64,000 bases of DNA from Octopus sinensis (GCF_006345805.1 NC_043012.1:26536001-26600000), one strand, 5' to 3'; positions 24,237-36,693 are shown, numbered from the stretch's first letter. The notes: generated by a model not told the origin, from the letters alone. Program-made: numbers and translations.

Positions 24237-24338
24237 GTTTGATTATAACCACCCCATTTTGAATTATATGGATAATACCATACTAAATTCTGGTGCCTTT
24301 AAAATTAGTACCATATTCATCTGATCTAAATTTTAATG

Positions 24339-24391
<53 letters not shown>

Positions 24392-24831
24392 TATTATTTG
24401 ATTGAACGTCACGCATACATTTCAAAAATAAGTATATATATATATATAAAAGGTTAAACCTTTTTTAAAAATCTCTTTTGTTCATTTCCCTCGCTTTTAT
24501 CCCGTGCCAGTTGTAAATAATGTAGTTCTTAAAGCTCTTTGGCGTCTATTTCTATCCTGTGGCGCTACACATAAGCGGCCTTACTAGAATTTTATTTATA
24601 TAATTATATACTTTCTATTAAATTTTACTTATATGGTTTATTACACACTGGCTGCTTGATAAAGTCATATATAGATTTTATCCTTGATTATAAATATAAA
24701 TATATGCAGACAGATATACATGTACATGCATGGCAGTGCTCTAGCATGGCCGCAGTTCAATGACTGCAGCAAGTAAAATATAAAAGATGGGCATATACAT
24801 ATTTGCATCCATATATATTATATATTCGTCG

Positions 24832-24990
24832 CACTCCGTCGGTTACGACGACGAGCGTTCAAGTTGATCTGATCAACGGAACAGCCTGCTCGTGAAATTA
24901 ACGTGCAAGTGGCTGAGCATTCCACAGAAACGTGTACACTTATCGTAGTTCTCGGGAAGATTCAGCGTGACACAGAGTGTGACAAGTAAA
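24832..24990 (-). mobile_element. SINE family C, tail fragment
   Basis: CACTCCGTCGGTTACGACGACGAG...CAGCGTGACACAGAG matches 27561-27715. Confidence 0.85.
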
Positions 24991-25056
24991 AAGAATGTGA
25001 CAGTAAAAGCCTGTACAACTTTCCAGAAGTTTATCATTTAAGTATACACAGACATG

Positions 25057-25565
25057 CAGGAAGTAAATAGACACCTTTAATTTTCAAAATTTCTGATCTA
25101 GGCGTCTTAATATGTTTTCAGCGGTGTAGAATTTACAATATAATTATTCTTTTTCATTCCAGGTGCCATTATATTAAACATTTGCGAAGAGTGATTATAC
25201 CACGCACAAAAATTCAGCACAACCTTCAGAATTTCAAAGAGATCGTATTGTTGGGCAAGCTGAAGCTGGTCTTAGTCAGCGAAAAATTGCCGAAAGTCTT
25301 CAAATTCCTCTTGCTACTGTTAATAGAAATATAGTGCAATTCAAAAGCCAATGAAAAGAATCAACAGATTCTCGTCCCAGAAGAGAATTGTGGAAAACGA
25401 ACCCGGTTCGAAGGCTTCTGAGATTGAAAAACAGCTAGAAGTTAGTCCAAGAACGTCTGCATAAGCTTGGGTATTATGGACGAGCAGCTAGAAGAAAACC
25501 TCTCCTTCAACCAATTAATATCAAATAAAAGATTTTGTAAATTAAAGGTGCCCATTTACTTCCTG
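25057..25565 (+). mobile_element. internally deleted Tc1 element retaining the N-terminal HTH region
   Basis: 27-bp TIRs CAGGAAGTAAAT(A/G)G(A/G)CACCTTTAATTT; [35 protein letters not shown] and LGYYGRAARRKPLL; no DDE domain. Confidence 0.9.
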
Positions 25566-26439
25566 CATGTTTGTGAATATGAGCATGTCTAGATATGCAA
25601 GTATATACATGAAAATACGTACATACAACAAAACATACAAATTTGCACATATACATACACACACACACATACATACATACACTCGCATACATACATACAT
25701 ACACACACATACATACATACATACATACATACACACATACATACATACGTACGTCCAAAAATTGCCTGTTAATGTATTTGAAATTCCAATGAAGAAGACT
25801 TGGATCTAGGTTAGAAACCGGTTCTTTCTCTATTGGTAATAAATCTTGAAATAAAACTGAATAATGGCATACATACAAAAACCCATACATATATGTATAA
25901 AATTTATGTTGAAGAAATAGAAAAATATTTTAAATCAATGATTAGAAATCTCCAATCTTTTAGGGATTTAAGTATTAATGTATTAATGCGTTTATGTATT
26001 TATCTTATTGATTTAGAACCCGCATGTTTTGAAATAGCTATAAAACTATTCCAAATTAATGAAAGTAGTTGTGTTCTGGAATAGCGGTATTTAATATTGC
26101 ACTGTTTTACTGTCTAGGAATTTAATATGGCGTTGCTTCAATTTATCAAGGATAAAACTGACATTACAAATGTAAACAATAATTATTTATAGATTGTAAA
26201 TTTGAACGAAGACTTTAAATACTTTAGTACTTCTTATTTTCGAAAAGCATTTATATAAAGAAAGTAGCTTTAAGTCTTCTAAACCTAATCCAACGATCGT
26301 ACTTTTTGGAAACAGTTACAGGAAACAAGGTTTAAAACATTCCATGCTTAACCTTTTGCATCTTCTTTGTATTACAAGTGAAACACAGGAACATATATTT
26401 CTATGGCGTCTATGTGTCATATATGATATGCTTTATGTA

Positions 26440-26790
26440 CGAGGTTCCTTCAAAAGTATCCGACTTTATTTTTTCCAGCCAAAAGTAATGCCGTGTGAGC
26501 AAAATTCTTCGGGTGGAAGTTGACACCAACCCTCCTACGCATGCGTAAAAAAGTTTTGCTCCGGTAGGTCGCGTCAGTTCCTGACTATTATGCAGAGAGA
26601 GTACAGACGTGTAGTGTGCGCTCGTCGGATATTCGTTTTCAAGCAAGATGACCGAACGCATCGAACAGAGATCGTAAAACCGTGTCTCATCGCCAGTGAT
26701 TATGGCTATGATGAAGTTTGGGTCGTGGTTTGCACAGTCGGTTCTTGTATCCGATACAGCAACCGAGTACACCACAGGATACCGTAAGAA
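26440..26790. mobile_element. rearranged mariner fragment
   Basis: TA-CGAGG left end and MTERIEQR (26648-26671) on plus; DCANHDPNFIIAIITGDETRFYD on minus immediately adjacent. Confidence 0.75.
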
Positions 26791-26977
26791 GTTTGAAGTG
26801 TACGACAGCCGAAACGTAGTCAAAGCAATAATCAAGATTAAGACACCAGTCCGACTAATATAAACATCAGACATGGTATAAATTCCTCATCTCACAAACG
26901 TAGAATTGTATTATGCACATACCCATTTTTTTAAAACCATTAAAGTAATTTAGAACTTATGAACAGAAAGCTTTATA

Positions 26978-27523
26978 TTGGGTTGTCTGGAAAGTTCGTG
27001 CCGATTTTTAAAAGAAAGAAAAAGGTCAATAAATACTTGCCATTACATTTTTAATCAACCAAATATGCGTCTCCATCTTTCCTTTAACATGAAAGTACCC
27101 TCTTCACAGAATGGAGGTGGTTTCATGGCAAAGAATTCATCAACGTATCTTTTTACGTCATCCAAGGAATTAAAATTTTTACCATTAAGACTATTCTGCA
27201 GAGACCTGAATAAGTGGAAATCCGAAGAAGCAATATCTGGTGAATATGGAGGGTGAGGTAACACATCCCAGCCGAGCTGCAGCAATTTTTGTTTGGTTCT
27301 CAAAGCATCAAGTGCCGAAAATGAACTTTCTTATCTTCCATTTTAAAGGGTTACATAATTAATACAGGCTATAAGAACATAAACCTTCTTCCATGAAAAG
27401 ACAGCTTAAACTGTGCTCTAAATGGAGGTGTAGTCAAATCCTATTTTATGGACTCAAACATGTTCTAAAATAAGTCGAAAGGTAAGCTACTATAAATCGG
27501 CACGAACTTTCCGGACAACCCAA
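26978..27523 (-). mobile_element. internally deleted mariner (DDD family)
   Basis: TIRs TTGGGTTGTC(T/C)GGAAAGTTCGTGCCGATTT with TA on both flanks; MEDKKVHFRH joined directly to LGWDVLPHPPYSPDIASSDFHLF. Confidence 0.93.
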
Positions 27524-27560
27524 TATTTCTCAAAAGGTATGAAATAAAGGTTTGACTCAT

Positions 27561-27881
27561 TGGTACTCCGTCGATTACGACGATGAGGGTTCGAGTTGGT
27601 CCGACCAACAGAACAGCCTGCTTGTGAAATTAATGTGCAAGTGGCTGAGCCCTCCATAGTCACGTGTACTCTTAACGTAGTTCTCAGGGAGATTCAGCGT
27701 GACACAGAGTGTGTGAAGACTGGCCCTTTGAAATACAGGTACTTATTTTTGCCAGCTGAGTGGACTTGAGCAGCATAAAATAAAGTGTCTTGCTCAAGGA
27801 CACAACGCGTCACCGGGAATTGAACTCACGACCTTACAATCGTGAGCAGAATACCCTAACCACTAAGCCACGCGCCTTCAC
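27561..27881 (-). mobile_element. SINE family C, full length
   Basis: Head GGCGCGTGGCTTAGTGGTTAGG...GAGTTCAATTCC, CORE-like TGTGTCCTTGAGCAAGACAC, tail CCCTCATCGTCGTAATCGACGGAGT. Confidence 0.9.
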
Positions 27882-27983
27882 AATGGTATAGCTAAAAGTC
27901 TGAAAATGGATATGGACGTTCAGGCCAAACTAATGGAAACGCTTTGGACAGACAAAGAGTTAAACCAATGCCTATCTTTAATA

Positions 27984-28852
27984 CATGAGGGGAAGTAAAA
28001 AATTATCCGCACTTTCGCCATAACATATATTTATTATTGTCACACTGCTTCCTGCGCATGCGTGCTTATAGTTGGTACTATTGTGGTCACGTGATTGAAA
28101 TTTGAGCCTGATCGTGCCATTTTTCTTTCTTCCTGGCTTTACAGTGTAAGCATGGCCGCTCCACTAGTAAAGTGCACCAAAGAAGAACAAAGGGAATATT
28201 CACAGGAGATGAAACGTCGCTTCATCATTATAAGGCAGAATCCAAAATACAGAGTATGGAGTGGAAACATCATGTCTCACCAGCGTCAAAGAAATTCAAG
28301 ACTCAACTTTCTGCGGGGAAGGTGATGGTAACCCTATTTGGGGTGACTCAAAAGGGCCTGTAATGGGAAAGGGGTATACGATCAACAGCGCGAGAGATGG
28401 TGATGTGCTGGCCAACAAACTGAAGCTAGTAATTCGCACCAAATGCCGAAGCCTATTGTCTGTGAGAGAGAAAGTTTTGACGTTGCATGAAAACGCACGC
28501 ACACACACAGCCCTGCCGACTACTGAAACCATTAACCAATTGGCTTTTGAGGTGCTGGAACACCCTGTCTACAGCCCAGATCTCGCCCCTTCCGACTATC
28601 ATATCTATCGCTCAAAGATGGTTTACGAAGTCGCCATTTCCTACAGATGAAGATGTGAAGGAAGCGATGCATAAGTGGTTGCACGACCAACTGGAAACCT
28701 TCTTCTTGGAGGCAATACGCAAGCTTGTGGACCGTTGGAGCAAGAGCATCGGAAAGGAAGGAGACTACATAGAAAAATGACGGACACAACTTGCTTTCGT
28801 GTAAATACATTGACGGAAATTAAGAGTGCGTATAATATTTGACTCTCCCTCG
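27984..28852 (+). mobile_element. internally deleted mariner
   Basis: TA-flanked imperfect TIRs; MAAPLVKCTKEEQR joined to IFTGDETSLHHY, then LHENARTH and HPVYSPDLAPSDYH, ending EGDYIEK*. Confidence 0.93.
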
Positions 28853-28934
28853 TAGATTGGAAGGATTGCAAGTTTTGAAACCTATGTTGTTTATAAATGC
28901 CAGTTTGTTAACCCCTTTGATACCAATCTTATTT

Positions 28935-29337
28935 TTTTACTACTCCAAGGGGCTACACACAGAGGGGACAAACAAGGACAGACAAACAAATTAAATCGAT
29001 TATATCGACCCCAGTGCGTAACTGGTACTTATTTAATCAATCCCGAAAGGATGAAAGGCAAAGTCGACCTAGGCGGAATTTGAACTTAGCGGCAGACGAA
29101 ATACCTATTTCTTTACTATCCACAAGGGGCCAAACACAGAGAGCACAAACAAGGACAGACAAACGGATTAAGTCGATTATATCGACCTCAGTGCGTAACT
29201 GGTACATAATTTATCGACCCCGAAAGGATGAAAGGCAAAGTCGGCCTCGGCGGAATTTGAACTCAGAACGTAGCGGCAGACGAAATACCGTTAAGCATTT
29301 CGCCCGGCGTGCAAATATTTCTGCCAGCTCGCCGCCT
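28935..29337 (-). mobile_element. SINE family A, one head plus two body units
   Basis: Two cores and one head. Confidence 0.9.
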
Positions 29338-29375
29338 TCTTTGATAACAATCTACCTGAACCTGCTCCTGTTTCA

Positions 29376-29500
29376 GGAACTGTGCTCCGCAAACGGTATG
29401 CCGCGGTATACTGGTGTGCTACGTGACGATGCCAGGTGTGCCGCAGTGTAACTTGAATAAAATTTTTTCTGAGAATGTTTGGGCCTCCCACCAGGATTTA
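29376..29500. mobile_element. possible hAT MITE end fragment
   Basis: Repeated TGCCGCGG/GTGTGCCGCAG subterminal motifs resembling hAT MITE ends. Confidence 0.35.
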
Positions 29501-30068
29501 CGCACCGCCCTTAAAGCCAAGAACTCTGGCTGTATGTGGGATGGCCTTTTTTCAGTTTCCATATACCAAATCCACTCGCAAGGCTTTGATCGACCCGGAT
29601 TACTGTCAAAGACAATAGCCCAAGGATCAGAAGGTGTTTCACAAAAATACGATAGAAATCATTCGAGAACTTACTTTTAAACATTCAAAAGTAAGGTTGA
29701 TATAAATAAATTTACGAAAGCCGAACAAAAATGTTATTAAAATGTATGAGAAACATCCAAAGTAGTAGAATAGTTAATTGTGAAAAAAGTCTGGTGTGTT
29801 CTCTAAAATTACCCTGGCGGCTGGAAGTGAGACAGAAGAGCATTTTGATTTAAAAATGGAGTCGGCTTGTAAGAGATTTGGTAATCGTAGTAAATGAGAG
29901 TTGTCGAGGGTACAGTATGGGTTGGGAGCAAGACAATGTTAAAAAGTGAAAATAAAAGAGGAATTGTTTATCAAAATATATTAAAATTGATCCAAAATGT
30001 TGTTTACAGTTTTCGTAAGATAATATAGATTACCACCGTTTTTTTCTTCGTATCGAGGTACACACACA

Positions 30069-30108
<40 letters not shown>

Positions 30109-30262
30109 GATGTACATATTATTGTAATGTAATTAACATGAAACCTTTTGGATAGCGTACATAAAGTTATTTGTAAGTTTATACAGTGTAAATCTAAAAT
30201 ATAAGAGTGGAAACACAAATAAGAAAAAACAAAATAACTGTTTACACTTTATCTCATATTTC

Positions 30263-30607
30263 GACGATATGTGCATCTCTGATCACGAGCAGAAGTAGTG
30301 GGGGAGCATCATAGCCATGTGTTGAGAAGATTCTTTGGGGTTTGAATAATTTACCTCTGGAAACATGGTGTCTCGTTCAACATCCTTAAACAACCCTTCA
30401 GGGATCTTTTGAGCGGGATGGGTTACTCGACCAGAAGGAAATTCTAACTGGGCCCACCTGCAAGGTCATGCGTTGTTTATCTTGATATGGTTGTGATGCA
30501 TGTGCCTGGTGTTCCCTTATCAGACGGGTAGTCATGATGGGTATACTGGGCTTCGTATATTTTACCCCAGTAGTGTCACTTTGATGGCATTCACTCCTCT
30601 CTCACTC

Positions 30608-30655
<48 letters not shown>
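30263..30655 (+). mobile_element. (AAT)n-tailed retroposon, 5-prime truncated
   Basis: Collinear with 35711-36156 and the reverse complement of 42339-42700; ends CTCTCTCACTC(AAT)n. Confidence 0.9.
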
Positions 30656-30660
<5 letters not shown>

Positions 30661-30704
30661 TCTAAAAAAATCCCAAAATGGAAGAAATAAAAAAAGTAGT
30701 GCTC

Positions 30705-31095
30705 ACAGGCGCATGAGTCGTTGTGTGATAAGTTGCTTGCTTACCAGCATCGTGGTTCTGGCTTCAGTCCCACTGCGTGGAACTTTGGGCAATTGTCTTC
30801 TACTATAGCCTCGGGCCGACCAGACCCTTGTGAGTAAATTTGGTAGACGGAAACTGAAAGAACCATGTCGTATATATGTGTGTGTATGTGTGTGGGTGGG
30901 TGTGTTTGCCCCCCTCACACATCACCTGGCAACAGATGTTGGTGTGTTTACATCCCCGTAACTTAGCGGTTCGGCAAAAAGGCCTATGGAATAGGTTACT
31001 AGGCTTACAAAGAATAAGTCCTGGGGTCGATTTGTTCGAATAAAGGCAATGCTCCACCATGACAGCAGTCAAATCACTGAAACAAATAAAAGAAT
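30705..31095 (+). mobile_element. SINE family B
   Basis: Head ...GGCTTCAGTCCCACTGCGTGG, TTGGGCAA centre, internal TG repeat and tail. Confidence 0.9.
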
Positions 31096-31236
31096 AGAAG
31101 AATGAGAACTGCTTATACCTTAAGAAAAATATTGTGTTTGTGATTCCAAAAATATTTTAAACGGTGAACATTATCAAAAGTACTTTTAAATGTACATAAT
31201 GGAAAACACCTTTTACTGTCATCTGAAGACCACACT

Positions 31237-31603
31237 GGTCGGTTACGACGATGAGGGTTCCGGTTGATCCGAATCAACGGAACAGCCTGCTCGTGAAATT
31301 AACGTGTAAGTGACTGAGCACTCCACAGACACGTGTACACTTAACATAGTTCTCGGGGATATTCAGCGTGACACAGAGAGTGACAAGGCCGGCCCTTTGA
31401 AATACAGGTACAACAGAAACAGGAAGTAAGAGAAAGTTGTGGTGAAAGAGTACAGCAGGGATCACCACCATCCCCTGCCGGAGCCTCGTGGAGCTTTAGG
31501 TGTTTTCGCTCAATAAACACTCACAACGCCCGGTCTGGGAATCGAAACCGCGATCCTATGACCGCGAGTCCGCTGCCCTAACCACTAGGCCATTGCGCCT
31601 CCA
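31237..31603 (-). mobile_element. SINE with alternative tRNA head and family C tail, 14-bp TSD
   Basis: TSD CTGAAGACCACACT at 31223-31236 and 31604-31617; head TGGAGGCGCAATGGCCTAGTGGTTAGG...GGTTTCGATTCCC. Confidence 0.93.
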
Positions 31604-31857
31604 CTGAAGACCACACTATCATCTTGCCGTCAAAATACTTTTAAAACTGGTTTTTAATATTTTCTTATGTTTTGATAGACACTCTCTAGGACAATGCTCT
31701 GTGCAAAACCAAGAACATCGTACCCTAATCATAATATCGACTCGAACTTGTAACTATTTGTCTCTTGTGGTCCCCTGTTGAGACCTGGAGTTAACATGTA
31801 TAAATAAAAAGCAAAAGCCAAACCAAATAGTAGTAGTAGTAGTATTTGTAAAAGGAA

Positions 31858-31998
31858 ATGAAAGAGAAACTGAGGATGGAGTATTTCCGAAGTCTGATGT
31901 TGGTGTTGAGCTCAAAATTGACTGGATGGAATAAAATCCAAGCAGTTAATTCGTAGGCGATAGCATCACTTCGGTATGGAGCGGAAATTATAAAATGA
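31858..31998 (+). pseudogene. Dong/R4-like LINE ORF fragment (region after the RT core)
   Basis: MKEKLRMEYFRSLMLVLSSKLTGWNKIQAVNS*AIASLRYGAEIIK resembles the EY.RR...L.SKL.G.NKI.AIN.WA...RY motif as I recall it. Confidence 0.65.
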
Positions 31999-32104
31999 CA
32001 GGCGTCAACAGAATTACTATTTAGCCTTAAGATACATCGTAAATTTTCAAAGAACCTTCTTGGTTTGGTTGTATGGAACGTTCTTCTGGTATTCTTTTAT
32101 TTTT

Positions 32105-32354
32105 TTTTACCTGTTTCAGTCATTTGACGGTGACCATGCTGAAGCACCGCCCTTTAGTCAAAGAAATCGACTCCTAGACTTATTCCCTGTAAATCTGGTG
32201 CTTATTCTACCAGTCTCTCCAGCCGAACAGCTAAGCTCCAGGGACGCAAACACACCAGCATCGGTTGTCAAGCAATGGTGGTAGGGGGGAAAAACACAGA
32301 CACAAACGCACACACATAAATACACATACACACACACACATGCACACACACACA

Positions 32355-32403
<49 letters not shown>

Positions 32404-32430
32404 GACGGGCTCCTTTCAATTTCCGTCTAC
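32105..32430 (-). mobile_element. SINE family B lacking its head
   Basis: Tail, CA repeat and GACGGGCTCCTTTCAATTTCCGTCTAC. Confidence 0.85.
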
Positions 32431-32654
32431 TAAAAACATAAGAACATGGACTTTCCCCCTAACTAAAAGATATGAACTATGAAATAAGATGAATAATTGT
32501 GAGGGAAAGAAGTAGGAACTAACACTCGATCCTTCTAGAACTTCCAGAAGGAACACGTTAACGTCTGAAAGACTTTCCTTCTATTCATTACTAAATGTCT
32601 TTCCCTCTTCATCTTTAAAAGTAAAGAAGCTAGAAATGATCGATCGTATTGCAG

Positions 32655-32717
32655 CCTCATTGTCATTTTAAATGGCTGAGGCTTTTCTTTCCCTGTCTCT
32701 ATCGCTTCACTCTTGAA
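32655..32717 (+). CDS. candidate 63-nt exon (PHCHFKWLRLFFPCLYRFTLE)
   Basis: cgtattgcAG acceptor, GAA|gtaagt donor, only frame 0 open; could splice to a terminal exon at 33081-33131 (VGFKLKMKALPCFAVL*). Confidence 0.22.
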
Positions 32718-33516
32718 GTAAGTGTGATACACACCACAGGTACATACCGACAAAAACAAAACGTTAGCGTAGTAATATTATTGATAATAATACAAATAAT
32801 AATAAGTAGAAGGAGGAAGAGGAGGAGGTAGAGGAGAATGAGGAAGAAGAAAGGACAGTCTCTATTAATTCTTGGCAAAGGAGTTTTAACCTCGAAATAT
32901 CGAAATATAAAGTACCAATTGTTTCGTCTTTGCACGCACCGGAACTCTCTCTCTCTCACGCACACATACACACTCTCTCTCTTTCTCTCTCTCTGTCTCA
33001 CACACACAAACACACTCACACCCAGACACACACATACACTGGAACAAAAATATATATCAATTATCCCTTCCGCCTGCCAGGTTGGTTTCAAATTGAAAAT
33101 GAAAGCACTACCGTGTTTCGCTGTTTTATAATTTTGGATAATTGAAAAATTGTTTCAATAATATTTTCGTTTCCTTTTCATAATGTTATTTATTTACATC
33201 AAAACATATAAATGTTATTTCACAACTATTTCTTTTCTTTTTTCTGTCGCTTCCACATTTCTCTAAGATTCGAACTAATTTACTTTTCTGTTTGGTTATT
33301 TAGTTATTACAGCAACAGACGCTTATTTGTCTCAGAGAGGATGCTATTTTTTTTAACCACTACATCTGTCACGTTTTACTATGCAATGTTTTTAAATACG
33401 GTCTTTGAATGAGGGTTAGGAGACCTACTTTACATTCTATTTATTTAAACAGGTATGCATTCAAGAATATATATATTACATACATAATATATATAAATAT
33501 ATAATAATATATATAG

Positions 33517-33548
<32 letters not shown>

Positions 33549-33698
33549 TATATAGATAGATCAATAAATGGTGGGGTTGTGTGACCGCACGTGGAGAAAT
33601 GATAAGTAAGGAAAAATTTTTTTTAAAAAAGCAGAATGCTCAAATGAAAGAAAATTTTAATATAAATGAGAAAATGATAAAATATATAATATATATTT

Positions 33699-33737
33699 AT
33701 TCAACCGGTTTTCGTCATTGTATGACTTGTCAAGAAT
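33699..33737 (-). ncRNA. minimal hammerhead-like motif, U3:A8 variant
   Basis: ATTC-TTGACAA-GTCA(TACAA)TGAC-GAAA-ACCGGT-T-GAAT; 4-bp stems I and II, palindromic stem III, one extra A. Confidence 0.5.
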
Positions 33738-35712
33738 ATTTATGTTTTAAGAGTATTTATTAAGGGAAAAAAAGAAAGGGGAAAAAAAGAAAATTGCATT
33801 GTTTTTGTTAAAAGAATAATGATAAAAATGTACAAAAATTAAAAAATAAGTTCTCCGATACATTGTGAGTTCGTTGTGTATCTTGAGTTTTATGGTTGTT
33901 TACCAAAAAATTACCTTGAGGTGTTAAGATCCAAAGGGATTAAGAGCATGTGATGTGATGTGTTGTTGTTAAATTCAGCATGTTGCAGGACAGGAGTAGT
34001 AGTAATTGTGGTCCTGGTTCTTCAGTTCCTGTGTTGTGGGTAAGGGGAGACAACTCTTTTGAGTTCTTCAATAAAACCCAATTATAAAACTATCATTTAG
34101 CTTCATTTGCACTATCTTTTTTATATAATTGCTTGTTAACTTAACTTTCAGATTTTAACACTTTATTTATATTATTTTCTTATAATATAAATCTGCATAG
34201 ACAATTGCATTTCAAATTGTCATATCATTTATAATAAAAATGATAGTAATAACAACAATAGTAAAAATGATATTTAAAGAATATAAGTTTTAGCTTGAAG
34301 TGATGAATGTGATGGTATCTTATATATTTGTATTAGTCCATCCGTGAAGAGTGAGGTAGAGAAAGGAAGTTTGATCAACGAGGAGTTTGCATATTAAGTT
34401 GTGTTTGGAATTTTTCAATAAAGAGATTCTCTTGTTAATTCTCTCCTGTGTGGTGATCCCGTCTTTACATTGGTAAAAGGGGAATATATAGAATTTGGGG
34501 TTTAAGTCTTTAGCACATGAGTCTAAGTGGTCACTCAGTGGAATTTGTCGGTATTCCGGGAGATTTATTTGTTCTTTATGCACCGTTACTCGTTTACGTA
34601 ACGGGAGACTCGTTTGTCCAACATAATTATGTTGGCAACCAGCGCATGTGAGAACGTAGATAAGGTTCTCGGAGGAACAGGAGAAGTTAGTCTTGATTTT
34701 AAACTTCGTACCTTGTTTGAAGGTAAATTCAGAGCCTTCAAGTAGAAAGGGGCAGGTACCACAGTTTGAGCGTGCACATTTTTTTTACTGTGGGGGTGGA
34801 TGTGGTGTGTGAAGTTTGGCATTTGTCAAGAGTTTTTTTAAAGATTTGTTGTGCCTTTTGCATTTGAGGATTTTGTGTGTATTTATAATGTTTTTCATTT
34901 TTGGGTCTGTTGACAGTAGACTGAGGTTTTGTATGATTGTGGTGTATGCTTCGATATTTTGGGGTTGTGGGTGGAAATGTATGGAAGTATTTTGAGGTTG
35001 TGTGTGGTGTTAGGTTGGGTGGTTTTTTCAGTGTGTTGTCTAGTTCTTTGGCGCGTTTTATTCCATACTCTATAAGGGTGGAGGGATATTGACGTTGTAA
35101 TAGTGTTTTTTGAGGTCTTGAAGGCGTATTTCTCGTGTTTTTGGATCCGAGACAATGGTGCATACCCTTTTAGCTAAATTGAAAGGGATATTTGTCTTGG
35201 TGTGTTTTGGGTGGCATGAACTAAAGAGGAGGTATTGTTGTGAGTCTGTAGGTTTGTGGTAGATGTCTGTTATGATTTGGTTCTTAGGTGTTTTTATAAC
35301 TAGGAGATCAAGGAATGGAGATGATGTTTGCTTAATTCCATAGTGAATTGGATGTTGGATGTATGTGTTTTTAGTATGGTTTGAATTCCAGGAGAGTTTT
35401 CATAAGGTTCTTTCCATATGATGAAACAATCATCTAAATACCTTTTCCAGTTTTCCATTAGGTAGGTGTGGAAAACATGTCCAAATTTCTGGCTTGATAT
35501 TTCATAGAGTGACAGTTCGAAGTAAACCATTATGAGGTTCGCAAGGACTGGTGCAGCCTTGGTACCCATCGCAATGCCACATTTTTGACGGTAGTGTGTG
35601 TCGTCGAAGAGAAAAAAATTGTTTGTCAGAATGAACTTAAGAGATTCTGTAATAAAAGACTTGTTAATGCGGTCAGGGAATGTCTCTGGGTGTTTTTCTA
35701 GCCAGAAGTCAA
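33699..35712 (-). mobile_element. Penelope-like retroelement, 5-prime truncated
   Basis: RT motifs YRQKCGIAMGTKAAP and WKRYLDDCFIIW; linker KCARSNCGTCP; GIY-YIG NLIYVLTCAGCQHNYVGQT; several frameshifts; hammerhead-like motif in the 3-prime flank. Confidence 0.93.
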
Positions 35713-36210
35713 ATATTCTGCTCAATACTACAGATTTGCATGTCAGTTGTTTGATCTTAACCAGTTGACCATGCCCCTTAGTGGCTGACGATACGTGCAT
35801 CACTGATCACAAGCAGAAGTAGTTGGGGAGCATCATAGCCATGTATTGAGAAGGATTCTTTGGGGTTTGAATAATTCACCTCTGGAAACATGGGTGTCTC
35901 GTTCAACATCCTTAAACAACCCTTAATCATGGATCTTTTGAGCCGGATGGACTACTCAACCTGAAGAAAATTCTAACTGGGCCCACCCGCAAAGTCATGC
36001 ACTGTTTATCTTGATATGAGACCACCATGTCGCGCACATATGTTGTGATGCATGTGCCTGGTGTACTGTTATCAGATGGGTAATCATGATGGGTATACTG
36101 GGCTACGTATATTTTACCCCAGTGTCACTTTGATGACATGCACTCCTCTCTCACTTAATAATAATAATAATAATAATATAATAAAAATTATAATAATAAT
36201 AATAATAGTA
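35711..36210 (+). mobile_element. (AAT)n-tailed retroposon abutting the truncated Penelope RT
   Basis: Collinear with the reverse complement of 42339-42780; supplies the spurious N-terminus of ORF 35300..35803. Confidence 0.9.
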
Positions 36211-36224
36211 ATAACAATTTTCTT

Positions 36225-36693
36225 CACAAGGCCGAAATTTTGGGGAAAGGGGCTAGTCGTTTGCATCAACCCAAGTGCCTGACTGGTACTTATTTCATCG
36301 GCCCTGAAAGAATGGCTGGCAAATGCGACCTCGGCAGAATTTGAACTGGGAATATAAAGACGGACTAAATGCTGCTAAGCATTTTATCCTTCGTGCTAAC
36401 GTCTTGCCTTCTCGCCACCTTTTAAGATTGACAACAATAACAGCAACAGCAACAACATCAATAACTTCGACAACAACAATAATGGTTTCAAGTTTTGGCA
36501 CAAGGCCAGAACGTTTGAGTGAGAGGTAGTTGATTACATCAATCCCAGTGTTGAAATAGACCTTATTTTATCGACCCCGAAAGGATGAAAGGCAAAGTTG
36601 ACCCCGGCGGCATTTGAACTTAGAAAGTGAAGACAGACGAAATACCGCTAAGCATTTCGCCTGGCGTGCTAGCGTTCTTGCCAACTCGCCGCC

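Noticed and set aside
35300-35803. Intact 167-aa RT gene
   Set aside because: The first 30 or so residues come from the adjacent AAT-tailed retroposon; the rest is a truncated Penelope RT
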